Shown one piece after another: positions 29,285-37,400 of a stretch of 64,000 nt of DNA. Below the pieces are notes generated by a model. That model had not been told where the DNA came from, made no database searches, and worked only from the letters and a program-made list of their open reading frames with translations. The stretch is from contig CASEOG010000004.1 of assembly GCA_949289575.1 (NCBI GenBank), positions 6,053 through 70,052 on the forward strand, given 5' to 3'. This DNA comes from an uncultured Spirochaetales bacterium. GTDB lineage: Bacteria; Spirochaetota; Spirochaetia; JAFGXN01. The number at the start of each line of letters is the position of its first letter. Position 1 is the stretch's first letter. Made by a program: the position numbers and the translations under genes.

Positions 29285-31174
29285 ATGAAAGTTTTGTCAT
29301 CACTGTTGTCTTTTTTGTTTCTTTTTTTCGGAGGAGATCACGAACCGGTCTCTGTTGCCGAAAATCGGGTCGATTACCGGCTGAGCGGAATTGTCCGTTT
29401 TGAAAAAAATCATTATTTTCTTTATTCTGATACTTACGGAGTGGCCTATTTCGATTCGAAAATCGGGGAGCCGGAATACAGAAACGAAGGATTGCTGATG
29501 AAAACCGTCTATCCCTTCGAAGAAGGGCGATTCTTTCAGAGAGTCACATCGATGTCGGTACTGGACGGAAATCGGGCAGCGGCTCTTTTCAGTCTCGGTC
29601 TGCGCATTACGGACGACGGAGGACTCTCCTGGCATCCCGTTCCTACGGGATCTTCCAACGGGCTGAAAAGCAGCAACTATTTTTCTTCCGTTGCTCTTTC
29701 TTCTTCCGACCCGGATCATATTTTGCTGGGAACTTCGTTTAACGGTCTTTTCGAGACAAAGGACGGCGGTCAGACGTGGAGATCGCTTAATAAATCCCTG
29801 ACCGGATTCAGCGGTTCGTTTTATATGGGGGCCGATTTTTACGAAGAAATTTCGGCTCTCTGCTTTTCATCCAAACCGGGGACAATTTATATTGCCAAAG
29901 GATACGGAGGCGGATTGTACGAGGCCGACCGTATGACATCTCAGTTTACGAAAATTGCGACACCGTTCAATGAGGAGATTGTTAATTTACGTCTCCAAAC
30001 CGAAGATCCCGCTGTTTTGGAAGTTTATACACGCGAAAATATCCGTTTTTATCATACGGCCGAACGGCGATGGATTGAAAAAATCGACAAACTTCCCCGT
30101 TTCGCCGTCACTCCCGATAAAGTGAAGGAAGAACGCAGGGCAAAGGCGGCCGGACGTACGGGGATTTACATCAATGCGAACTGGGCTTCCGGAAGCCGTT
30201 TGCAGACACATTTAAATACAATTGCTTCCAAAAATCTGAATTCTTTTGTCGTTGATGCCAAAAACGATCAGGGACTTGTGGTTTTCGATTCGCAGTCGGA
30301 TCTGCCGAAAAAGATGGGGGCCTATGTTCCCCGGTATCGTCTCGACGATCTTTTGAAAACCGCGAAGGAACATAATTTATATGTGATTGCCAGAATCGTT
30401 GTTTTTAAAGACCCGAAGCTTTACAGATACGAAAATAACCGCTTTGCAATTTGGGACAGTCGGACAAACAGTCCGTGGGGATTGAAATTCAAAGAGGTGA
30501 ACGAAGAAACGGGTGAAGAAAAGTGGGTTCAGCGTGAATTTTGGGTCGATCCGTATAACGAAGAAGTGTGGGATTACAATATCGCACTGGCTGAGGAACT
30601 TCAGCAACGAGGGGTTGATGAAATTCAGTTTGATTATATCCGGTTTCCGACAGACGGTCCCGTCGAATCCTGTTATTACCGTCATAAAAAATCGGGTATG
30701 CGCAATATCGATGCACTCGAATCTTTTTTGAAGAAGGCCCGCGAAACAATTTCGATTCCGATCAGCACGGATCTGTACGGTTACAACTGCTACTATAAAA
30801 TGGGAAACTGGATGGGCCAGGGGATCGAAATGTTTTCCGAATATGTCGATGTGATTTCTCCGATGTATTATCCGTCTCATTTTCCCCGCTCTTTTGTTTA
30901 TAATGCGGATTATTTAAAATGGAGCCGGATTCTCTATCACGACGGAACGGCACGGGCCCGATCTTCTGTCAGAGAGGACTGTCTGATTCGTCCTTATGTT
31001 CAGGCTTTTCGTCTTCCCCAGGAATTTTGGATGGAAAAATCCGAATATGACCGCTATGTGGTCGAGCAGGTCGATGGCCTGAAAGCGGCGGATGCTTCCG
31101 GCTATACGTTGTGGAACAATTCCAATCAGTATTATATGCTGGATGCACTGCCGGCCGAGCCGAATTTGAAATAA
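29285..31174 (+). CDS. secreted BNR-repeat protein with DUF4015-type putative glycoside hydrolase (GH-like TIM barrel) domain
   Basis: Signal peptide. BNR motifs (TDDGGLSW, TKDGGQTW). The C-terminal half (YINANWAS...YVIARIVVFKDP...EIQFDYIRFPTDG) resembles DUF4015/GHL10-type hydrolases. Confidence 0.6.
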   Translation: MKVLSSLLSFLFLFFGGDHEPVSVAENRVDYRLSGIVRFEKNHYFLYSDTYGVAYFDSKIGEPEYRNEGLLMKTVYPFEEGRFFQRVTSMSVLDGNRAAALFSLGLRITDDGGLSWHPVPTGSSNGLKSSNYFSSVALSSSDPDHILLGTSFNGLFETKDGGQTWRSLNKSLTGFSGSFYMGADFYEEISALCFSSKPGTIYIAKGYGGGLYEADRMTSQFTKIATPFNEEIVNLRLQTEDPAVLEVYTRENIRFYHTAERRWIEKIDKLPRFAVTPDKVKEERRAKAAGRTGIYINANWASGSRLQTHLNTIASKNLNSFVVDAKNDQGLVVFDSQSDLPKKMGAYVPRYRLDDLLKTAKEHNLYVIARIVVFKDPKLYRYENNRFAIWDSRTNSPWGLKFKEVNEETGEEKWVQREFWVDPYNEEVWDYNIALAEELQQRGVDEIQFDYIRFPTDGPVESCYYRHKKSGMRNIDALESFLKKARETISIPISTDLYGYNCYYKMGNWMGQGIEMFSEYVDVISPMYYPSHFPRSFVYNADYLKWSRILYHDGTARARSSVREDCLIRPYVQAFRLPQEFWMEKSEYDRYVVEQVDGLKAADASGYTLWNNSNQYYMLDALPAEPNLK

Positions 31175-31226
31175 AAAATTTGCTTCTCTCTGTTTTTCAT
31201 GTTATGATGAACAGAGGAGGCGTTCT

Positions 31227-32747
31227 ATGTCGGCAAAATATATCGGATCGATTGATCAGGGAACAACAAGTACACGGTTTATTCTGTTCGATTATGCGGG
31301 GAAACCCTGTTTTTCGTATCAGAAAGAGCATAAGCAGATTTATCCGAAACCGGGCTGGGTAGAACACAATCCTTTGGAAATCCTTGAAAATACGAAAGAA
31401 TGTATTCGGGAAACTCTCCGACAGGCCTCGGTCGAAAATCCGAGGGAGGAAATTGCGGCGGTCGGAATTACGAATCAGAGGGAAACGATTATAGCCTGGA
31501 ATCGCGAAACAGGAAAACCTTATGCCAACGCTGTTGTCTGGCAGGATTTGCGCGGAGAGGACTTTATCAATGAAATGCTGGCCGGCGGCGGGAAATACCG
31601 TTTTCTCGAAAAAACGGGACTGATGCTTTCTCCCTATTTTTCCGGATCGAAAATGAAATGGCTTTTGGACAATGTTCCCGGTTTGCGCGAAGATGCCGAA
31701 TCGGGAAAAGCTCTTTTCGGAACCATCGACACCTGGGTTTTATGGAATATGACCGGCGGACCCCGCGGCGGTCTGGCCGTGACCGACGTGACCAATGCCT
31801 GCCGTACTTTTTTAATGGATTTGGCAACGCTTTCCTGGGATGACGAACTGCTGACGCTGTTCGGATGTCCGAAAAAAGCTCTCCCCGAAATTGTCTCCTC
31901 TATTCCGGAACTTCCTTACGGTTATTCGTCGGCCGATTCTCCTTTCGGGGAAGGGGTTCCTTTTTCGGGAATTCTGGGAGATCAGCAGGCCGCTCTGTTC
32001 GGTCAGACCTGTTTTAAAGCGGGAATGTCGAAATCGACTTACGGAACCGGCGGTTTTCTTCTGATGAATGTCGGGAAACATATTGTTTATTCCGATTCCG
32101 GTCTTCTGACAACGGTGGCCTACAGAAAAGGAAACGAAAAACCGGTTTATGCGTTGGAAGGTTCGGTGGCCGTTGCCGGCTCGCTGATTCAGTGGGTCAG
32201 GGACAATCTCGGTTTAATTCGCAATTCAAAAGAAATCGACCGCTTGGCGGCCGAAGTCGAAGATAACGGCGGTGTCTATTTTGTGCCGGCCTTTGCCGGT
32301 CTTTTTGCCCCGTACTGGCGCAGCCGTGCACGGGGCGTCATCTGCGGTTTAACCGGATATGCCGACCGCCGGCATCTCGCACGGGCCGTTTTGGAGGCAA
32401 CCGCTTTTCAGACTTTTGATATCTTCCGGGCGATGAGCCGCGATGCCGATATCCGAATCCCCGAATTGAAGGTCGACGGCGGTATGACAAACAGCGAACC
32501 GTTGATGCAGTTTCAGTCCGATTTGCTGAAGATACCGGTTATCCGTCCTGTTGTTACGGAAACAACCGCTCTCGGGGCGGCCTATGCGGCCGGTCTGTCG
32601 GTCGGATTCTGGAATTCGTTTGACGAACTGATTCAAAACTGGCATGTCGATAAAGTGTGGAATCCTCAGATGGATGCCGGCCGTCGTCTGGCTTTACTGG
32701 CCGATTGGAAAAAAGCGCTGGAAAGAAGTTACGGGTGGATTGATTAA
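31227..32747 (+). CDS. glpK: glycerol kinase
   Basis: 506 aa. FGGY kinase N-terminal IGSIDQGTTSTRFILFD and EHNPLEI. Strong RBS GAGGAGG. Confidence 0.95.
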   Translation: MSAKYIGSIDQGTTSTRFILFDYAGKPCFSYQKEHKQIYPKPGWVEHNPLEILENTKECIRETLRQASVENPREEIAAVGITNQRETIIAWNRETGKPYANAVVWQDLRGEDFINEMLAGGGKYRFLEKTGLMLSPYFSGSKMKWLLDNVPGLREDAESGKALFGTIDTWVLWNMTGGPRGGLAVTDVTNACRTFLMDLATLSWDDELLTLFGCPKKALPEIVSSIPELPYGYSSADSPFGEGVPFSGILGDQQAALFGQTCFKAGMSKSTYGTGGFLLMNVGKHIVYSDSGLLTTVAYRKGNEKPVYALEGSVAVAGSLIQWVRDNLGLIRNSKEIDRLAAEVEDNGGVYFVPAFAGLFAPYWRSRARGVICGLTGYADRRHLARAVLEATAFQTFDIFRAMSRDADIRIPELKVDGGMTNSEPLMQFQSDLLKIPVIRPVVTETTALGAAYAAGLSVGFWNSFDELIQNWHVDKVWNPQMDAGRRLALLADWKKALERSYGWID

Positions 32748-33370
32748 TCCGTCACGATTTCTTTGACAGGTTCTTCCGGATCGTTCCCGGTTTCGTTCAG
32801 TCTTTCGAGGTTTTGCAGACGGTTTTCGAGAAGGTACCGGCGGTTGCGGTATTTTCTGTAGGGAAACTGAAAGCCGACGCAGGCGCCCGCACCGAGAACC
32901 GTTACAACGGCACCGGCAATGCTCAGGTTGCCGAAGGCGGTCGTGACAGCCGACGGATTCGGGTTGGAGTCGGTCGGAATCGGTGTGTACGGGTATTCGC
33001 TTCCTGTTTCGATAAAGGCATCGAGAATCACCATTAAGAGACCGAGTGCGGTGATGCCGACAGATGTAAACTGGAAAGTTTTGTACATAATGTAGTTTTT
33101 CTTGTTTTCTTCCAGTTTCCGGCGAAGAGATTCGGGAGTCTCTTCGCTTTCTTCGGATATTTCGGGAAAGAAAAATTCATCGGGTTCCGTATCGGGTATT
33201 TCTATCTGAACCGGAGCCGATATATCCGTTTCGGAAAGATCGGTTTCGGTAGAGGTGTTTTCGCTCTCTTTCGGCAATTCCGATACGGCCGGTTTTTCCG
33301 TTTCGCCGGATAAGGAAAATGCGTAAACCGGCAGAATGCAGAAAATAAAAAAAAGCGGAATTTTTTTCAT
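32744..33370 (-). CDS. hypothetical secreted/membrane protein (signal peptide, acidic Glu/Ser/Thr-rich region, one TM helix, C-terminal cytoplasmic tail)
   Basis: 208 aa with no recognisable family. Convergent 4-nt overlap with glpK. Confidence 0.5.
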   Translation of the reverse strand: MKKIPLFFIFCILPVYAFSLSGETEKPAVSELPKESENTSTETDLSETDISAPVQIEIPDTEPDEFFFPEISEESEETPESLRRKLEENKKNYIMYKTFQFTSVGITALGLLMVILDAFIETGSEYPYTPIPTDSNPNPSAVTTAFGNLSIAGAVVTVLGAGACVGFQFPYRKYRNRRYLLENRLQNLERLNETGNDPEEPVKEIVTD

Positions 33371-33491
33371 GTCGGAATTATATCTTATTTTAACAGGTAT
33401 GTAAACCGATTCCGGGAAAGGAGAGATAAAAGGCTTTCTTTCGTGAGGGTTCGATTTTTTACCGGAAGTTCCGAAAAAATTTTCAAACAGC

Positions 33492-33520
33492 TTGACAAAG
33501 AGTACGAAATAGTATATTTT
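33492..33520 (+). promoter_or_regulatory. sigma70-like promoter for the tRNA cluster
   Basis: TTGACA (33492-97), then TATATT with a 15-bp spacer or TATTTT with a 17-bp spacer, about 20 nt upstream of tRNA-Gly. Confidence 0.5.
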
Positions 33521-33541
33521 TATTCTGTCATTGAGACAAAT

Positions 33542-33613
33542 GCGTTTGTGGTATAACGGCTATTACCTCAGCCTTCCAAGCTGAAGACGTGGGTTCGACT
33601 CCCATCAAACGCT
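33542..33613 (+). tRNA. tRNA-Gly (anticodon TCC)
   Basis: Hand-folded cloverleaf. Acceptor GCGTTTG/CAAACGC. Anticodon stem TCAGC/GCTGA with loop cTTCCaa. T-arm GGGTTCGACTCCC. No encoded CCA. Confidence 0.85.
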
Positions 33614-33627
33614 GACATGTTGATGTC

Positions 33628-33701
33628 GCCACCTTAGCTCAGCCGGCCAGAGCACGTGACTTGTAATCTCGGGGTCGTCAGTTCGAATCTGACAGGTGGC
33701 T
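33628..33701 (+). tRNA. tRNA-Thr (anticodon TGT)
   Basis: Acceptor GCCACCT/AGGTGGC. D-arm GCTCAGCCGGCCAGAGC. Anticodon loop cTTGTaa. T-arm GTCAGTTCGAATCTGAC. Confidence 0.85.
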
Positions 33702-33709
33702 GTGAAAAC

Positions 33710-33792
33710 GGGGAGGTTCCCGAGTGGCCAAAGGGGCCAGACTGTAAATCTGTTGGCTTACGCCTTCGAAGGTTCGAATCCTTCTCTCCCCA
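33710..33792 (+). tRNA. tRNA-Tyr (anticodon GTA), type II with long variable arm
   Basis: Closely parallels E. coli tRNA-Tyr (GGGGAGGTTCCCGAGTGGCCAAAGG...ACTGTAAATCT...GAAGGTTCGAATCCTTC). Confidence 0.85.
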
Positions 33793-33797
33793 TAATA

Positions 33798-33823
33798 ATC
33801 CGGATTTTTCCGGATTTTTTTTT
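33798..33823 (+). terminator. rho-independent terminator after the tRNA cluster
   Basis: ATCCGG-attttt-CCGGAT hairpin followed by a T9 run. Confidence 0.6.
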
Positions 33824-33839
33824 GCTCCGATTCTTCCTC

Positions 33840-33868
33840 TTGACTTTCCCTTCTTTCTTCTTTAGAAT
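33840..33868 (+). promoter_or_regulatory. sigma70-like promoter (TTGACT-17-TAGAAT) for the ykgJ-like/large envelope protein operon, with the TSS predicted at the ATG (leaderless)
   Basis: TTGACT 33840-45, 17-bp spacer, TAGAAT 33863-68. The ATG lies at 33876, 7 nt downstream, with no SD. Confidence 0.4.
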
Positions 33869-33875
33869 ATTACGA

Positions 33876-34310
33876 ATGTTTTTTGATAACGGACTATCAT
33901 TTGAATGTCAGAAGTGTTCGGCCTGTTGCCGGCACGAACCCGGCGCGGTTTTTCTCAGAAAAGGAGAAGCCGGGAAAATAGCTTCTTTTTTGAATATGGA
34001 TGTTCGTGATTTTTTTCGTGCTTTTTGCCGTATTCTTTGGAGCGGGGACGGGGACCGTGTTTCTCTTCGCGAAAAATCCAACTATGACTGTATTTTTTGG
34101 CAGGACGGGGGATGCCGGATTTACCCGGTTCGACCGGTTCAATGTTCTGCCTATCCGTTCTGGCCGCACATTGTGGAATCATTAACGACATGGAACGAAG
34201 AGGCTCTCCGCTGTCCGGGGATTGGAAAAGGAAGAGTCTTTTCTTCGGACGAGATTACAGACCGGCTCGAAATGATGAAAGGAGATTTCAGTGATGGAAC
34301 TGAATTTTAA
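33876..34310 (+). CDS. YkgJ-family cysteine-cluster (CxxCxxCC) putative Fe-S/zinc protein
   Basis: 144 aa. N-terminal FECQKCSACCRHEPGAVFL and downstream DGGCRIY...PVQCSAYPF are typical of UPF0153/YkgJ. The longer six-frame ORF from 33696 was discarded because it runs through the tRNA genes. Confidence 0.7.
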   Translation: MFFDNGLSFECQKCSACCRHEPGAVFLRKGEAGKIASFLNMDVRDFFRAFCRILWSGDGDRVSLREKSNYDCIFWQDGGCRIYPVRPVQCSAYPFWPHIVESLTTWNEEALRCPGIGKGRVFSSDEITDRLEMMKGDFSDGTEF

Positions 34311-34485
34311 GGAAACAGTCGGGTTATATATTCTTTTGAAGAACAATGCGGCCGGTCTCTCTGCTTCTTTGAGCCGATTACTCGTTCGCATCGAAAAAAA
34401 ATTAAACGAGGAACTGACCTTGGCCCAGTTGCGGAATATTGAAGATTTCTACCGGTCACTGGATGATTACGAGGGGGGATTATGA
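34291..34485 (+). CDS. small hypothetical protein (64 aa), translationally coupled on both sides
   Basis: GTG/ATG start (34291/34294) after GGAG. It overlaps the ykgJ-like gene by 20 nt. Its stop overlaps the ATG of the giant envelope gene (ATGA). Predicted helical, no known family. Confidence 0.5.
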   Translation: MMELNFKETVGLYILLKNNAAGLSASLSRLLVRIEKKLNEELTLAQLRNIEDFYRSLDDYEGGL

Positions 34486-37400
34486 AACGATTTATTCTGA
34501 TAGGCCTTTTTATTTTTATTTCGGGCTCTGTTTTTTCCCTGAATACGGAACCGGACGGGAAATCCGACCGTTATTCGTCTCTCCTGAACCCGGGTCAAAC
34601 CTTCTCGGGCGCAGGGGTTCTTCGAAACGACTCTCTGACCGATACTTTTGTGAATCCCGCTGTTCAGGCGTTTCAGCAGCGATTTGCTTTTGATATCAAT
34701 TATGCCGGAATTGTCGGGCATACGGATGCGCATCCCCGAAACGGTTATCCCGGACATGCCGTGACACTCGGAGCGGGACTGCCGAGTCCGATCGGTTATT
34801 TCACACTGACCGGCGGTTTTTTTTATTCCGATTTAAGTGATTACGCGCTGGGGTCTCAGGGATTCTTTGATGTGGCGCTCGGAAAGAAGGTTTTCGACGA
34901 TCTTTATCTCGGACTGGGTCTGAAGAGTGTCATCGGCAGTCTTGCCGGAAGTTCGATCGATTATCTTGTGGCCGCCGATCTCGGTGTCGTCCATACACCC
35001 GGGAATGTCGGAAGAGTGACGGATTTCAAATGGGGAATGGCGCTTCAGAATCTCGGGTGGGGAACAATGACGCCGTTTAATCCGAATCAAAACAGCCGCG
35101 GATTACTGGCTCCCGATCTCTTTTCCGTTCAGGCGGGTCTTTCTTTTTCCGTTCTGAAGACAGAGCGGTTTAATCTGGGATTCGAGACGGAAATCCTTTT
35201 GCCTTCTTTTATGAATTTCGAGGCGGGCGCCGGATTCCTGTTCGAATTCGAGCGTCTTTTTGCCTTTTCTGTCTCTTCCCGTGTCAATGCCCTTCAGTTG
35301 CGTGACGGCGATTTTTCAAATCTTCTGCCTTCTTTCGGTTTCGTATGCCGGTATATCCCCAAGGCGCAGGATGCATCCGTACTGGATGATTTGACAGAGG
35401 TTCACGTAAAAGCGGGAACCGGCGCCCTCAAAGGTTTGAATTTGTGGACTTATCAGGCCGGAACTACTGTTTTCCTCGGAGGAGAAGATACTTTTGCTCC
35501 CGAAATTCGATTCGAGATTCAGAGCGAAAGCGGAGAAACCGATGCCTTTTTCTCGGCGACGGATACCGCCTCCGTGGCATCTTCGCAAGCTGTCGGGAAA
35601 TCCGATGCATCCGTTTTCGAAAAACAGGCGCCGGCCAAGGAGCTTCCGATTGCGGTTCGGGGGAAAAAATCCGAAACAGCTTCCTCCGTCAAACAGGACA
35701 TACCCGATAGCGGCGAAGCGGTTGTCCGGCCGGTTCCTTCGGTACAGGCACCTCCTCATTCTGACAATCCGAGACCCGAATATTATGTCTCTCCCAATTT
35801 CGACGGTATTCAGGATTCTCTGAGAATTTCGTTTCGTCTTCAGGATACACGGCTTATCAAATCTTATTCTTTTATTATCGAAGACGAAAGCGGACGGATT
35901 GTCAGAGTTATTCAGAATAAAGAACAGCGCAGCGAAAATAAAGGCAGAGATTTTTTTAAAAACCTGTTCCGCCCTTACAAAGGAATTCATATTCCTTCCG
36001 AAATAGTTTGGGATTGTACCTCCGATTCGGGAGAGATTGTTGCGGACGGGCTCTATTCGTTTTATTTTACGGCCTCCGACGAAAACGACAACATTTCTGT
36101 TTCTCCCCGTACCTATTTTGTCATTGATACCGTCTATCCGCAAGTCGATTTCGTGTATGACGAAGACGACCTTATTTTTTCACCCAATCAGGACGGGAGC
36201 AAAGATTTTCTGACGGTTACGCAAATCTCATCGGAAGAAGTTCTTTGGAAAACGCAAATCGAAAATAATTTTATCGGTATCGTTGATATAAAGAATTATA
36301 AAGGTAAACTTCCCGAACAACTGGTCTGGGGAGGAAAGAATCAAAGCGGTATTCCCGTTCCTGACGGAACATACCGTTATCGTGCGGAAGCGGTTGACAG
36401 GGCAGGAAACCGGACCGAGAAAATTCTGGACGGAATCATTTTAAATACGGAACAGACTCCGATTCAGCTCTTTACCGATGCGACGGCAATCTCTCCGAAA
36501 AGCGAAACGGGAAATCCTTTCCTGACGCTTACTCCCGATTTGGCCGTCAAAGACGATATTGTCGAATGGCAAATTTGTATTATCAACAGCAGCGGAGAAG
36601 CTGTCAAAGAGTTAAAAGGCACGGGTGTCATGGAAGGATTTATTTTCGACGGACTGGATTCCGACGGTCAGCCTTATCCGGACGGTGAGTATACGGCCCG
36701 ATTGAATGTGGTTTACCGTAACGGCAACCGGCCTCAGTCGGTGACGCCCCGGTTTTATATTGATACGGTAGCGCCTTCGGCCGAAGTCTCGATTCCCGAT
36801 CCGATTTTTTCACCCGATCAGGACGGGCAGAAAGATTGTCTGGTTATCAGGCAAAAAGGTTCGGTTGAATCCGAATGGACGGCGGAAATTTCCGATCGTA
36901 ACGGCGATATTGTTTTTACGCAAATATGGTACGGAGAACTCCCCGAATCGTTCCTTTTTGACGGCTATGACAGGAACAGTCGTGTTTTGCCGGATGGGGT
37001 TTATTCCTATCGCCTGACGGCGACCGATGATGCCGGAAACAGCGGCGGCAGTCCTTCCGTCCCGTTTACGGTTGATACCCGGAAAAGTGCCGTTGCGCTG
37101 AAGACCGGATATGCCGCTTTCAGTCCGAACGGTGACGGGATTAAAGATACCGTCGAACTGATTCCCGTCATCGAAAATCAGGGGAATGTGACATCTTACA
37201 GTCTGACAGTCATTGACGGATCCGGTCGGATTGTCCGTGATTTTTCCGACAGTCGGTATATTCTTCCCCGGTACGAATTTGACGGAAAAGACAGAAACGG
37301 AAAACTGCTGCCTGACGGAAATTATCGTTTTAAACTGAACGTTGTTTATGCGAACGGGCAGAATGTGACACAAATTTCGCGTCCGGTCCGGCTGAAAACA

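Noticed and set aside
33696-34310. Six-frame ORF extending the ykgJ-like gene upstream to 33696 (and ORF 33656-33865)
   Set aside because: The extensions run straight through the tRNA-Thr and tRNA-Tyr genes and the terminator hairpin. The in-frame ATG at 33876 with a near-consensus promoter upstream, and the family-typical N-terminus (MFFDNGLSFECQKCSACC), make 33876 the real start.
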